From contig CP086569.2 in assembly GCA_009914755.4 (NCBI GenBank), positions 10,912,001 to 10,976,000 on the forward strand: a stretch of DNA of 64,000 nt. Reading direction: 5' to 3'. Of the stretch, positions 26,452 through 41,500 are shown piece after piece. The notes below the pieces were generated by a model. The model searched no databases. It was not told the origin of the DNA and saw nothing but the letters and a program-made list of their open reading frames with translations. How positions within the stretch are numbered: position 1 is the first letter of the stretch; the number at the start of each line of letters is the position of its first letter. Source of the DNA: the human T2T-CHM13v2.0 reference genome, Homo sapiens. Both the position numbers and the translations under genes were made by a program.

Positions 26452-27573
26452 ACATTTCATTGCACTATATTATTCCGTGCCATTCCACTCCACTCCATTC
26501 ATTTAAATTCCATTCCATTCTAGTCCACTCCACTCTACTCCACTTCACTCACTCTACTCCACACCACTCTACTCCACTCCATTCCATCCCATTCCATTCC
26601 ACACAACTCTACTCCACTCCATTCCATCCCATTCCATTCCACTCCACTCCACTTCTTTCCATTCCATTCCATTCCACTCCACTCCACTCCTCTCCACTCC
26701 ACTGCACTCCATTCCATTAAATTGCATTCCATTCCACTCCTTTCCTTTCCAATCCTTTCTCTTGAAAAGATCTCACTCTGTCACCCAGTCTGAAGTGCTG
26801 TGGCACAATCTTAACTCACATTTCATTTCACCATTCCATTGCATTCCATTTAATTGCATTCCTTTCCATTCTGTTCCATTACATTCCACCCCACTCAACT
26901 CCACTCCACTCCACTCCACCCTACTGCTGTCCATTCCATTCCATTCCTCTCCATTCCGCTCCACACTACTCCATTCCTCTCCACTCCATCCCATTCCATC
27001 CAATTCCATTCCATCCCATTCCAGTCAACTGCACTCCATTCCACTCCGTTGCATCCCATTGCATTCCACTCCACTCCACTCCATTTCACTGCACTCCACT
27101 CCACTCCATTTCATTCCACTCGATTTCATTCCATTAGACTCCACTCCACTCCTGTCCACTACTTTCCACTCCATTCCATTCCACTCCATTCTATTTCATT
27201 ACTTTTCTTCGACAGGATCTCACTCTGTCCCTCAGGCTTAAATGTAGTGCCACAATCTCAGCTCAAATTTCATTTCGCCCTGAATTGCATTCCATTCCAT
27301 TAAATTTAATTCCAATCCTCTCCACTTCACTCCACTCCACTCCACTCCATCACAATTCACTCTCATACATTCCATCCAATTCCACTCCATTGCACTCCAT
27401 GCCTTTTCAACTATACTCCGTTTCATCCCTTCTCATCCCACTCCATTTCTCTCCTCTCCACTCTACTCCACGTCACTATTCTCCACTCCATTCCTCTCCA
27501 TTCCATTCCATTCCATTCCATTCCATTCCATTCCATTCCATTCCATTCCATTCCACTCCATTTCATTTCATTG

Positions 27574-27614
27574 CTTTCAGGCTGAAATGCAGCATTACAA
27601 TCTCAGCTAACATT
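27574..27614 (-). mobile_element. Truncated Alu relic lacking the gacaggatctcactctgtcac half
   Basis: gctttcaggctgaaatgcagcattacaatctcagctaac. The paralog at 47845 retains more: cacacaggctggaatgcagcagtacaatctcagctaac. Confidence 0.65.
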
Positions 27615-28905
27615 TTATTTCACCATTACATTTGATTCCATTCCATTCTATTCAATTCCACTCCACTGCACTTCATTAACTCCACTCCATTTCGTACAGT
27701 TCCATTCCATTCCATTCCACTCCATTCCACTTCACTCCCCAACACTCCACTCCATTCCAATCCATCCCATACCATTCCACTCCATTCCGCACCACTCCCC
27801 TCCAGTCCACTGAACTCCATTCCATTCCATTCCATTCCATTCCATTCCACTCCATTCCACACCATTCTATTCCATTCCATTCCTTTCCTTCCACAGTATG
27901 TGTCATTCTATTCCATTCCATTCCTTTCCTTTGACAGTATGTGTCTCTGACACAAAGGCTGATGTGCAGTGGCCAAATCACAGCTCACATTTCATTTCAC
28001 CATTCCATTCCCTTCCATTCCATTGCATTCCATTCCATTTAATTCCATTCTTTTCCACTCCACTCCACTCCATGCCATGACATTCCATTACATTCCAGTC
28101 CAATGCAATCTATTCCACTCCACTCCACAACACTGTATTCCATTACATCCCTTCCCATTCCACTCCATTCCACTTGTCTCCACTCTAATCCACGCCACTC
28201 AACTCCTCTGTACTCTATCCCATTCCATGCCATTCCACTCCATTCCACTCCATTACATTCCCTTCCTTTTTGTAGACAGGATCGGACTCTTTCACTCAGG
28301 CTACAGTGCAGTGCCACACTCTCAGCTCACATTTCATTTCACCATTTCATTGCATTCCATTCCATTCCTTTCCATTTACTTCAAATCCATTACACTCCAC
28401 TCCACTCCACTCCACGCCATTTCATTCCATTACATTCCAGTACATTCTACTCCATTCCACTCCACTCCACGAGGCTATATTCCATTACATCCCATACCGT
28501 TCCACTCCATTCCACTCCTATCCAATCTACTCCATTCCACACCACTTCCTCTCCACGCTATTCCATTCCATTCCATTCCATTCCACTCTGTTCCTCTCCA
28601 TTCCCTTCCCTTCATTTTCGTAGACAGGATCTCACTCTTTCACTCAGGCTAGAATGCAGTGACACACTCTCAGCTCATATTTCGTTTCACCATTCCATTG
28701 AATTCCATTACATCCCATTCCATTTAATTCAAATCCATTCCACTCCACTCCACAGCATTCCATTCCATTACATTCCAGTGCATTCCACTCCATTCTACAT
28801 CCACTCCACTATGCTATATTCCATTTCATCCCGTCCCATTCCACTCCTCTCCACTCTACAGTACTGAACTACACTCCTATCCACTCCACTCCATTCCATT
28901 CCACT

Positions 28906-28975
28906 CCATTCCATTCCATTCCATTCCATTCCATTCCATTCCATTCCATTCCATTCCATTCCATTCCATTCCATT
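28906..28975. repeat. Perfect (CCATT)14 tract
   Basis: ccattccatt uninterrupted. Confidence 0.9.
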
Positions 28976-29026
28976 CCACTCCACTCCATTCCATTCCATT
29001 CCACTCCATTCCATTCCATTCCTTCC

Positions 29027-29087
29027 TTTCGACAACATCTCACTCTGTCATGCAGACTGGAGTGCAGTGGCACAATCTCAGCTCAGG
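29027..29087 (-). mobile_element. Alu 3'-end relic (antisense)
   Basis: tttcgacaacatctcactctgtcatgcagactggagtgcagtggcacaatctcagctcag. Confidence 0.8.
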
Positions 29088-30353
29088 TTTCATTTCGCCA
29101 TTCCATTCCCTTCCATTCCATTCCATTCCATTCCATTCCACTCAACTGCACTGCACTCCACTACATTCTATTCCATTCCATTCCATTCCATTCCATTCCA
29201 CTGCATCCCATTCCATTCCACTCTATTCCAAACCACTCCACTCCACTCCATTTCATTCCACACCACTCCACTCCACTTCATTGCATTCCATTCCAACCAA
29301 TTCCATTCCACTCCGTTACATTCCACTTCAGTCCACTCGATTCAATTCCATTCCATAGCATTTCTCTCCATTCCTTTCCATTCTTTCTTTCAACAAGATC
29401 TTACTCTGTCACAGGCTGGAGTGCAGTGGCCCAATCTTAGCTCACATTTCATTTCACCATTCCATTCCATTCGATTCCACTCAATTCCACTACACTCTAC
29501 TCAAGTCCACTCCACTCCATTCCATTCCATTCCACTGCCCTCCACTCCACTCCTCTCTTCTCCATTCCATCCAATTCCATTCCCCTCCTTTCCAACACAC
29601 TTCACTCCACTTCTCTCCATTCTGTGCCTTTCCATTCCATCACATTCCACTCCACTCCACTCCACTCCACTCCACTCCACTCCACTCCACTCCACTCCAC
29701 TCCATTCCATTCCATTCAATTCCAATACACACCATTACATTACTTTCATTTCTTTCGACAGGATCTCACTCTATCAACCAGGCTGGAATACAGTGGCACA
29801 ATCTCAGCTCACATTTCATTTAACCATTGCATTCCATTCCATTCCCTTTTGTTCCGTTCCATTCCGTTCCAATCAACTGCACTGCACTCCATTCCACTCC
29901 ACTCCAGTCCACTCCGCTCGACTTCACTCTGTTCCATTCCATTCCATTCCACTCCATTCCACACAACTGCACTCCACTCAAATCCTCTTCACTCTGTTCC
30001 ATTTCATCCCATTCCATTCCACTCCATTTGATTCCATTCCATTCCATTCCATTCCTTTCCATTCTGTTCCATTCCATTCCACTCCATTTCATTCCACTCC
30101 ATTCCATTCCATTCCACTCTATTCCATTCCATTCTGTTCCACTGCATTCAACTCCACTCCATTCCACTCCACTCAATTCGCTTCCTCCCCTCTACTCCAA
30201 TCCATTCATATAAACTGCATTCCATGCCATTCCCCTCGATTCCACTCCATTGCAATCCACTTCATTACACTCCCTCCATTCCACTCCACTGCACTCCATT
30301 TTATTCCACTATACTTCATTCCATTCAATTCTACTACAAATCATTCCATTCCT

Positions 30354-30415
30354 TTATTTCGACTGGATCTCACTTTATCGCTTGGACTGGAATGCAGAGG
30401 GACATTCTTAGTCGA
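30354..30415 (-). mobile_element. Alu 3'-end relic (antisense), subtype-2 flank TTTATTTCGACTGG
   Basis: ttatttcgactggatctcactttatcgcttggactggaatgcagagggacattcttagtcgac. Confidence 0.7.
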
Positions 30416-30901
30416 CATTTCATTTCCCTATTCCATTCCATTCCATTCCATTCCATTCCATTCTGTTGCATTCCATTCCATTCCACTCCATTCCACACAA
30501 CCCCACTCCACTCAAATCCTCTTCACTCTATTCCATTTTATCCCATTCCATTCCACTCCATTCGATTCCATTCCATTCCGTTTCATTCCTTTCCATTCTG
30601 TTCCATTCCATTCCACTCCATTTCATTCCACTCCATTCCATTCCATTCCATTCCACTCTATTCCATTCCATTCCATTCCACTCTGTTCCACTGCATTCCA
30701 CTCCACTCCATTCCACTCCACTAAATTCGCTTCCTCCCCTCTATTCCAATCCATTCATTTACACTGCATTCCATGCCATTCCCGTCCATTCCACTCCATT
30801 CCAATCCACTTCATTACACTCCTTCCATTCCACTCCACTGCACTCCATTTTATTCCACTATACTCCATTCCATTCAATTCTACTACAAATCATTCCATTC
30901 C

Positions 30902-30965
30902 TTTATTTCGACTGGATCTCACTTTATCACTTGGACTGGAATGCAGAGGCACATTCTTAGCCGAC
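30902..30965 (-). mobile_element. Alu 3'-end relic (antisense), subtype-2; tandem duplicate of the 30354 copy (550 bp apart)
   Basis: ttatttcgactggatctcactttatcacttggactggaatgcagaggcacattcttagccgac. Confidence 0.7.
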
Positions 30966-33194
30966 ATTTCATTTCACTAGTCCATTCCATTCCATTCCAT
31001 TCCATTCCATTCCATTCCATTCCATTCCGTTGCATTCCATTCCATTCCAATGCATTCCATTCCATTCCCTTCCATCAATTCCGTTCCCTTCCATTCCATT
31101 CCACTGCACTCTGATCATCTCCACTCAACTCCATTCCACTCCACTCCACTCCACTTTGTTCTGTTCAGATCCATTCCATTCCATTTCATTCCATTCCAGG
31201 CCATTCCTCTCCATTCAACTCCACTCCATTGCATTCCATTCCACGCCACTCCACTCCCTTCCCCTCCACTCCATTCCACTCCATTCCATTCCAATTCACT
31301 CCTCTTCATTTTATTCCAATGCACTCGACTCCATTCCACTCCAGTCCACTCCACTCCATTCCATTCCATTCCATTCCGTTCCATACCACTGAACTCCAAT
31401 CCACTCCACTCAAATCCACTCCACTCCACTCCTCTCCACTCCATTGTATTCCGTTCCGTTTCGTTCCATTCTTTTCCATTTCACTCCACTTCATTGCACT
31501 CCATTCCATTCCATTCCACTCCATTTCATTAAATTCCTTTCAAATCGATTCCACTCCATTCCACTGAATTCCATTCCTCTCTATTCCACTTCATTCCATT
31601 CCACTCGATTCCATTCCACTCCATTCCACCCTACACCACTCCATTCCACCTCAGTCCATTCCACTCAAGTGCACTAAACTCCCCTCCACTCCACTCCATT
31701 CCATTCAATTCTATTCCATTCTATTCCACTGCACTATGATCCACTCTAATCTACTCCTCTCCACACTACTCTACACCTTTCCATTCCTTTCCTTTCTGTT
31801 CCGATCCTTTCCATTCCATTCCACTCCATTCTATTACACGCCACTCCATTCCACTTCATTCCATTTCACTCCATTCCACTTCAATCCATTCCAATCCACT
31901 CCACTACCATCCACTCCACTCCACTCCATTCTATTACACTCCATTCATTTCCATTCCACTCAATTCCATTCCATTCCGTTCCACTCCATTCCACTCCACT
32001 CCATTCCACTCCACTGCATTCCACTGTATTCCACTCCACTCCCCTCCACTCAATTCCTTTGAATTAAACTCCATTCCATTGCATTCCATTACACTTCATT
32101 CAACTTCATTCCACGCCACTCCATGCCACTACACTCCTTTCCAATCCTCTCCATTCCGTTGAACTCCACTCCATTCCAGTGCACTCCATTCCATTCCATT
32201 CCATTCCATTCAACTCCATTCCATTCCATTCCATTCCATTCCATTCCATTCCATTCCATTCCATTCCATTATTTTGCCTGGATCTCACTCTGTCACCCAG
32301 AATGGAGTACAGTGGCACAATCATAGCTCACGTTTCTTTTCACCGTTCGATTCCAATTTTTGCATTCCAATCCATTCCATTCCATACCATTGCATTGCAT
32401 TCCACTCCATTCCACTCCATTCCATTCCAATGCTCTCGGATCCCCTCAACTCAAACCCACCCCACTGCACTCCACTCCACGACGTTTGATCCATTCAATT
32501 CCATTCTGTTCCATTCCCTTCCATTGCATTCCACTCCATTCTATTGCAATCCAATCCATTCCATTCCACTCTATTCCACTCCACTCCACTCCATTGCACT
32601 CAACTCCACTTCACACCACTCCAGTCCACTCCATTGCATTCCTTTCCTTTCCATTCCTCTCCACTCTACTCCAATCCACTCCACCATATTCCATTCAATT
32701 CCATTCCACTGCACTCCGATCATTTCGTCTCAACTCCACTCCACTCGACTCCATTCCGTTCCATTCCATTCCATTCTGTTCTCTTCCATTCTATTCCACT
32801 CAATTCCATTCCACCCCCCTCCATTCCACTGCACTCCATTTCTGTCCATTCCTATCCACTTCAATCCACTCCACTTGTCTCAATTCCATTCCAATCCCTT
32901 CCATTCCATTCCGTTACATTCCATTCCATTCTTTCCACGCCATTCCACTCCGTTCCACTCCACTCCATTCCACTCCATTGCACTCCACTCCATTCCACTC
33001 ATCTCCATTCCACTCCAATCCACTTCATTCCACTCCATTCCATTCCACTCCATTCCATTCCATTCCATTCCACTCCATTCTACTCCATTCCACTCCTTTC
33101 CACTCCATTCCACTCCTTTCCACTCCATTGTACTCCATTCCATTCCACTCCACTCCATTCCATTCCATTCCACTCCTTTCCGTTTCATTCCGTT

Positions 33195-33255
33195 ATTTTG
33201 ATTGGATATCTTTCTGTCACCCAGACTGGAGTGCAGTGGCACAGTCGTAGCTCAC
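33195..33255 (-). mobile_element. Alu 3'-end relic (antisense), subtype-2
   Basis: ttattttgattggatatctttctgtcacccagactggagtgcagtggcacagtcgtagctcac. Confidence 0.75.
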
Positions 33256-36200
33256 ATTTCTTTTCACCATTCGATTCCATTCCTATGCATTCGAATCCAT
33301 TCTATTCCATTCCATTCCGTTCCTTTCCATTAAATTATTTTCCATTCCTTTCCATTCCATTCCACGCCACTCCATTCCATTCCACTCCACTCCACTCCAT
33401 TTCCTTCCATTCCATTCCACGCCATTCTACTCCACTCCATTCCATTCGTTTCCTTTCCTTTGCATTGCATTCCACTGCACTCTGATGCACTCCACTAAAC
33501 TCCAGTCCACTCTCCTCCACTCCACTTCGCTCCATTCTATGCCATTCTGTTCCGTTTCGTTCAGTTGCATTCCATTCCAGTCCACTCAATTCCACTCCAC
33601 TCCATTTCACTCCATTGCATTCCATTCCACTGCATTCCATGCCTTTCCATTCTGCTCCATTCTACTCCATTCCACTGCACTCCATTCCACTGCACTCCAT
33701 GCCACTCCACTCCACTCCATTCCACTTCATTCCATAGCACTCCACTCCATTCCATTCCATTCTACTACATTCCATTCCATTCCTTTATTTTGATGGGATC
33801 TCACTCTGACAACGAGAACGGAATGCAGTGGCCCAATCTTAGCTCACATTTCATTAACCATTCCACTCCTCTTCACTCCATTCCATTCTACTCCATTCCA
33901 TTTCATTCCTTTATTTGGACGGAATCTCACTCTCTCACACAGACTGCAGTGTCGTGTCCCAATCTTAGCTCACATTTCATTAACCATAGCATTTCTTTCC
34001 ATTCCATTCCATTCCATTCCATTCCATTCCATTCCATTCCATTCCATTCCATTTCATTCCATTCCACTGCACTCCGATCCACTCTTCTGAACTCCACTAT
34101 ACTCCACTCTGCTCTAGATATTTCCATTCCGTTCCATTCCGTTGCGTTGCAGTCCATTCCACTCTACTTCATTACATTCCACTTCATTACACTCCATTCC
34201 TCTCCACTTCACTCCATTCCCCTCCTTTCCACTACATTCCGTTACATTCCATTCCATTCCACTCTATTACACTCCACTCTACTCCACTATTCTATACTCC
34301 ATCCCATTCCATCCCATTCAATTCCAATCCACTCCACTCCAGTATACTCAACTGCGTTCCCTCCCATCCCATTCCACGCCATTCGACTGAAATGCACAGC
34401 ACTCCACTCCACACAACTCCACTCAATTCCATTCCATTTCATTCCATTCCATTCTATTCCACTCCACTCCATTCCATTCCACTCCACTCCATTCCATTCC
34501 ATTCCTTTCCATTCCATTCCATTACTTTCTGTCCAGAAAATCTCACTCTCACACTGGCTGTAGTGCAGTGTTGCACTTTCAGCTCACATTTCATTTCAGC
34601 ATTTCTTTCCACTCCTTTCCACTCCACTCCACTCCACTCCATTCCATCCCATTGCATTCCACTCCATTCCACTCCACTTCACTGCAGTCCACTCCACTCC
34701 ATTCCATTCCACTCCCTACCATTCCATTCCCCTCCAATGCACTCCACTCCAGTCAACTCATCTCCACTTCATTACAATCCATTCCACTCTATTACATTCC
34801 ATTCCTTTTTTTCAAAAGTATCTCACTCTGTCCCTCAGGCTGGAGTGCAGTGGCACAATTTCAACTCACATTTCATTTCACTATTCCATTGCATTTCCTT
34901 TCATTGCCTTCCATTTAATTGCAATCCACTCCACGCCATTCCATTCCATTCCACTCCACTCCATTTCATTCCATTCCACTCCATTCCACTAAACTCTACT
35001 CCACTTCATTCCATTCCATGCCGTCCCATTTCACTCCATTCCACTCCTCTCCACTCTGCTCCACTAAACTCCACTGTACTCCTCTCCAATCCATTCCTTT
35101 CCATTTCCTTCCATTCCATTTTATTACATTCCATCTGTTCCTTTCAACAGCATCTCACACTCAACCAGGCTGGAGTGTAATGACACAATCTCTGCTCACA
35201 TTTCATTTTACCATTGCATTCCATTCCATTCCTTTCCATTCCATTCCATTCTACTCTACTGCACTCCACTTCACTCCACTCCAGTCCATTCCATTCCATT
35301 TCACTCCATTCCACTCCATTTAATTCCATTACATTACATTCCACTCCATTCCATTCCTTTCTTTCGAGAGGATCTCACTCTGTCACAAAGACTGCACTGC
35401 AGTGACCAATATCAGCTCGTATTTCGTTTCACCATTCCACTCCATTCCATTCCATTCCATTCCATTCCATTCCATTCCATTCCATTCCATTCCATTCCAC
35501 TCCAATCCACTCCAATCTACTCCATTCCATTCCATCCAATTCCATGCCACTCCACTCCATTCCACTCCACTCCACTCCACTCCAGTCCACTCCATTCCAC
35601 TCCATCCCATTCCATTCCAATCCATTCCACTCCAGTCAACTCCACTCTGCTCCATTCTATCCCATTCCATTCCATTCCATTCCACTCACTTCCATTCCAT
35701 TCCACACCTTCCATTTGATTCCTTTCTTTTGAAAGGATCTCTTTCTCTCACCCAGGCTGGAGTGTAGTGGCACAATCTGAGCTCAGATTACATTTCACCA
35801 TGCTATTCCATTGCATTCCATTGCACTCCATTCCATGGTATTCCGTTCCATTGCATTCCGTTGCATTCCATTACATTCCATACCATTCCATTGTATTCCA
35901 TTGCATTTCATTCCATTCCATTTCATTCCATTCCTTTCCACTCTTTTCCATTCCATTCCATTCCATTCAACTCCACTCCATTACACTCCTCTCCACTCCA
36001 CTCCAATCCATTCCATTCCACTCCCTTACATTCCATTCCTTTCTTTCGACAGAATCTCACTCCCTCACCCATGCTGGAGTGCAGTGGCACAATCTCATCT
36101 CACATTTCATTTCACAGTTCTATTCCATTACATTCCGTTGCATTCCATTAATTGTATTGCATTCCATTCCATTTCATTCAATTCCATTCCACTACATTCC

Positions 36201-38464
36201 ATTCAACTCCAATACATTCCACTCCATTCCATTCCATTCCATTCCATTCCATTCCTTCCTATTCCTTTCCACTCTTGTCCACTCCGCTGCACTCCACTTG
36301 ACTCCGCTGCACTCCACTACTCTCCACTCCATTCCAATCCCCTCCATCCCATTGTATTCCACTTCATTCCCCTCCACTCCACTCTACTCCACTTCTGTCC
36401 ACTTGACTTCACTCCACTCCATTCCATTACACTCCATTGAATTCCATTCCTTTCTTTCACCAGGATCTCATTCTCTCACCCTGCTTGCAGTGCAGTGGAA
36501 CAATCTCAGATCGCATTTCATTTCACCTTTCCATTCTATTCCATTCCATTCCACTTCATTCCATTCCATTCCACTCTGCTCCATTCCACTCCACTCCACT
36601 GCACTCCGTTCATTTCCATTCCAATCCGCTCCACTCCATTCCATTCCGTTCCTTTCTTTCGACAGGATCTCACTCTCTCACACAGGTTAAAGTGCAGTGG
36701 CAAAACTTAAGTTCATATTTCATTTCACCATTCCATTCCATTCCACTCCACTCCACTCAATTCCCTTCCATTCCACTCCATTCCACTTCACTCCAGTCCA
36801 CTCCATTCAGTTACATTCCATTTCATCCCACTCCTATCCATTCCATTCCTTTCTTTCGACAGGATCTCATTCTGTCACCCAGCCTATAGAGCAGTGGCAC
36901 AATATCAGCTCACATTTAATTTCATCATTCCCTTACATTGCATTCCATTCAATTCCATACTATTCCATACCATTCCATTCCAATCTGCTGCATTTCATTC
37001 CATTCCATTCCACTTCACTCTACTCCACTACTCTACACTCCATCCCATTCCATCCCATTCAATTCCACTCCACTCCACTCTATTGCATTCCCTCTCATCC
37101 CATTCCAAGCCATTCCACTCAAATCCACACTACTCCACTCCACTCTACTCCACTCCATTCCATTCCATTCCATTCCATTGCATTCCATTCCATTCCATTC
37201 CATTACTTTCTGTCGAGAAAATCTCACTCTGTCACACTGGCTGTAGTGCAGTGTTGCACTTTCAGCTCACATTTCATTTCACCTTTCCTTTCTATTCCAT
37301 TCCACTCCACTCCACTCCACTCCACTCCATTCTATGCCATTGCATTCCACTGCATTCCACTCCACTTCACTGCACTCCACTCTACTCCATTCCATTTCAC
37401 TCCCTACCATTCCATTCCCCTCCACTCCACTCCACTCCAGTCAACTCCTCTCCACTCCCTTCCATTCCATTCCATTCCATTCCATTCCATTCCATTCCAT
37501 TCCATTCCACTCAACTGCACTGAATTCCACTCCACTCCACTCCCTTCCATTCCATTCCATTCCATTCCATTCATTCCATTCCACAACATTCCAGTCCATT
37601 CCATTCCATTCCACTCCATTCCATTCCATTCCATTCCACTCCATCCCATTCCATTCAACTCTTTTCCACACGACTCCACTCCACTCCAATCCATTCCACA
37701 ACACTCCACTCCAATCCACTCCATTCCATTCCTTTCCATTTGATCCCATTCCATCCCACTCTGTTCCACTCCACTCTACTCCATTCCATTCCATTCCATT
37801 CCATTCCATTCCATTCCATTCCATTCCATTCCATTCCACTCCATTCCATTCAATTCTTTCCTTGGACAGGATCTCACTCTGTCACACAGGCTGGATTGCA
37901 GTTGCACAATCTCAGCTTACATTTCATTTCACCATTACATTCCTTTCCACTTTATTCCACTCCACTCCACTCACGTTCACTTCACTCATTTCCATTCCTT
38001 TCCACTGCACTCCACTCCACTCTTCTACCCTGCATTCCATGCCCTTCCATTCCACTCCACTCCACTCCATTCCATTCCATTCCATTCCATTCCAATACAC
38101 TCCAGTACATCACACACTTTTCATTCGACAATATCTCACTTTGTCCCCCGGGCTGGAATGGAGTGGCACAATCACAGCTCACCTTACATTTAACCATTCC
38201 ATTCCATTCCATTACATTTCAGTGCATAACATTGTATTCCATTAGGTAACATTCCGTTCAGTTCTCTTCCACGCCACTCCATTCCACTCCACTCCACTCC
38301 AGTCCACTCCAATCAACTTCATTCCATTCCATTCCATCCCATTTCACTCCATTCAAAACCACTCCACTCCACTCCATTCCACTCCATTCCTTTCCTTTCC
38401 AGTCCATTCCATTCCATTCCATTCCATTCCATTCCATTAAACTCCTTTCTATTCCATTGCCTAC

Positions 38465-38524
38465 TTTCGACAGAGTCTCACTCTTTGACACAGGCTTGAT
38501 TTCAGTAGCAGAATCTTACCTCAC
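38465..38524 (-). mobile_element. Alu 3'-end relic (antisense), diverged unit-start variant
   Basis: tttcgacagagtctcactctttgacacaggcttgatttcagtagcagaatcttacctcac; closest to the 2610 copy. Confidence 0.7.
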
Positions 38525-41500
38525 ATTTCATTTCACCATACCATTCCACTGCATTCCCCTCCACTTCACTCCAGTCCACTCCACTCCACACCATTCCACG
38601 CCATTCCACTCCATATCATTCCACTCCATTTCATTCCATTCCTTTGTTTCAACAGGATCTCACTCTGTCACCCGGGCTGGAGTGCAGAGTCCCAATCTCA
38701 ACTCACTTTTCATTAAACTGTTCCATTCCATTCTATTGCTTTCCATTCTATTCCAGTTCATTCCATTCCTTTTCATTGAATTCCATTCCATTTCATTCTA
38801 TTAAATTCCATTCCACTCCACTCCACTCCGTTGCATTCCATTCCACTCAACTACACTCCACTCCACTCCAATCCACTCCATTCCATTCCATCCCCTTCCA
38901 CTCCACTCCACTCCATTCCTCCCAATCCCATTCCATTCCACTCTCTTCCAGTCCACTCCACTCCACTCCACTCCACTACAATCCATTCCATTCCATTACA
39001 CTCCATTCCTCTCTTTGCCATTCCACTCTGTTCTTTCGACAGGATCTCACTTTATCACCAAGGCTGGAGTAACGTGGCATAATCTCAGCTCGCATTTCAT
39101 TTCAACATTCCATTGCATTCCATTACAATGCATTCCACTCCATTCCATTTCATTCCATTCCATTCCACTCCACTCCACTCCACTCTGCCTCATTCCATTC
39201 CATTCCATTTCACTCCATTCCACGCCAATCTACTCCACTCCCCTCCACTCCATTGTATTCCATTCCACTCCCTTCCATGCCATTCCTTTCTTTCAACAGG
39301 ATCTCACTCTGTCACCCAGGATGGAGTGCAGTGGCAAAACCTCAGCTCACATTTCGTTTCACCATTCCTTTCCATTCCATTTAATTCCATTCCATTACCC
39401 TCCACTCCATTCCAGTCCACTCCACTCTGCCCAATTACACTCCAGTCCACTCCACTCCAATCTAGTACAATCCACTCTATTCCACTCAATCCCTTTCCAT
39501 TCCATGGAATTCCAATCCACTCCACTCCACTCCTCTCCATTGCATTCCATCATATTCTATTCCACTCCATTGCAGTCCACTCCACTCCACTCCTCTCCAT
39601 TCCATTCCATTCCATTCCATTCCATTCCTTTCCATTCCATTTTGCTCCATTCTCTTACATTACATTCCATTTATTCCCAATACATTGCACTGCACTCCTC
39701 TCCACTCCACTCCATGTCATTCCATTCCATTACATTCCAGTCCATTCCACTCCATTCCACTACACTCCAATCCAATTTGTTCCATTACATCCCGTTTCAT
39801 TTCACTCCATTCCACTCCTCTCCACTCTACTCCATTCCACTCCTCTCCACGCTATTCCACTCGATTCCATTTCATTCTTTTCCATTCCATTCAATTCCAT
39901 TCCACTCCAATCCACTGCACTCCAATCCATTCCATTCCACTCCATCCCATTTAATTCCACTCCATTCCACTCCAGTCCACTCCATTCCGTGCCATTCTAT
40001 CCAATTCCGTTCTATTTTGTTCCATTCCATTCAATTCTAGTCCATTACTTTGAATTCTTTTCTTTTGAAATGATTTCACTCATTCACACAGGCTGGAGTG
40101 CAGTGGGAATATATGAGCTCACACTTCATTTCACCATTCCATTGCACTCCATTCCACTCCACTCCACTCCACCCCACTCCACTCCATTAAATCCCAATCC
40201 ATTCCATTCCACTCCATCCCATTTGATTCCACACCACTACACTCCACTACACTACACTCCCTGCCATTCCATCCCATTTCTCTCCATTCCATTCCATTCC
40301 ATTAGATTCCATTCCACTCCATTGCATTCCATTCCTTTATTTCGACAGTATCTCACTCTGTCACACAGGCAGGAGTGCAGTGGCACAATATCAGCTCACA
40401 TTTCATTTCACCGTTTCATTTCACTCCATTCCACTCCATTCCACCACACCACAGCACCCTCCACTCCACTCCACTCCATTAAATCCCAATCCATTCCATT
40501 CCACTCCATTCCATTCCATTCTTTGTTTTCTTTCGACAGGATCTCACTCTGTCACGCAGGGTGGAGTGCAGTGGCACAATCTCAGCTGACATTTCATTTC
40601 AATATTCCATCTCATTCCATTCCATTTCACTCTACTCCACTCCACTCCACTCTATTTCATTCCGTTACATTCCACTCCACTCCTTTCCATAAGTTTCCTT
40701 TCTTTTGACAGGATCTCACTCTATCAAACAGGCTGGAGTGTAGTGGCACAATTTCACCTCAAATTTCACTTCACCCTTCCGTTCCGTTGCATTCCATTCC
40801 ATTCTATTCCATTCCATTCAATTCCTTTCCATTCCATTCCATTATACTCCATTCCACTCATCTCCACTCCATTGCTTTCCATTCCACTCCACTTCACTCC
40901 ACTCCTTTCAACTCCACTACATTACATCCCATTCTGTCCTACTCCATTCCACTCCACTCCACTCCAATCTACTCAATTCCATTTCCTTACATCACATTCC
41001 ATTCCATTCAATTCCATTCCACTCCACTCCAATCCACTCAACTGAACTTTCTATTCCATTCCATTCAATTCCATTCTATTCCACTCCACTCAATCCAATT
41101 CACTCCATTCCATTCCATTCCATTTCATTCCACTCCACTCCACACCACTCCACTCCACTCCATTCCATGCCATTCCATCCAATTCCATTCTATTCCGTTC
41201 AATTCCAATCCATTCCTGTCCATTCCATTCATTTCGTTTCTTTTTAAATGATCTCCCTCAGTCACACAGGCTGGAGTTCGGTGGGAAAATCTGAGCTTCA
41301 TTTCATTTCACCATTCCATTGCACTCCATTCTACTCCATTCCACTCCACCCCACTCCACTCCATTCCATTCCATTCCATCCCAATCCATTACATTCCACT
41401 CCATTTCATTCCTTTCTTTTCTTTCATAAGGATATCAGTTTTTCACGCAGGGTGAAGTGGAGTGGCACAATCTCAGTTCACATTTTATTTCAACTTTCCA

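Larger units (their letters stand above)
21240..34290. repeat. About 13-kb block C; paralogous copy at about 42125-54140. Offset shrinks from about 20.9 kb to about 19.65 kb and returns to about 19.85 kb at the end, through copy-specific indels.
   Basis: Collinear landmarks 21480~42325, 22165~43035, 22930~43808, 23722~44592, 24122~44990, 24660~45480, 25755~46064, 26755~47060, 27930~48205, 29027~49263, 29748~49985, 30902~50577, 32270~52000, 33195~53034, 33785~53630, 33905~53750. Copy 1 has an extra about 0.5 kb near 24750-25750 (incl. the relic at 25210) and an extra 550-bp tandem unit at 30354-30902. Copy 2 has an extra about 100 bp near 52680-52870. Confidence 0.85.
29850..34300. repeat. Subtype-2 satellite segment: sparse Alu relics with TTTATTTCGACTGG flank and more degenerate pentamers. 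A second, longer segment lies at about 50100-64000.
   Basis: Relic spacing here is 0.55-1.6 kb, versus 0.15-0.5 kb in subtype 1. The flank motif ctttatttcgactggatctcac / ttattttgattggatatc occurs at 30354, 30902, 32270, 33195, 50577, 52000, 53034, 56945, 58294, 59375, 60148, 61072 and 62609. No relic at all occurs in 30985-32270, 50660-52000, 54840-56440 or 62690-64000. Confidence 0.7.
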
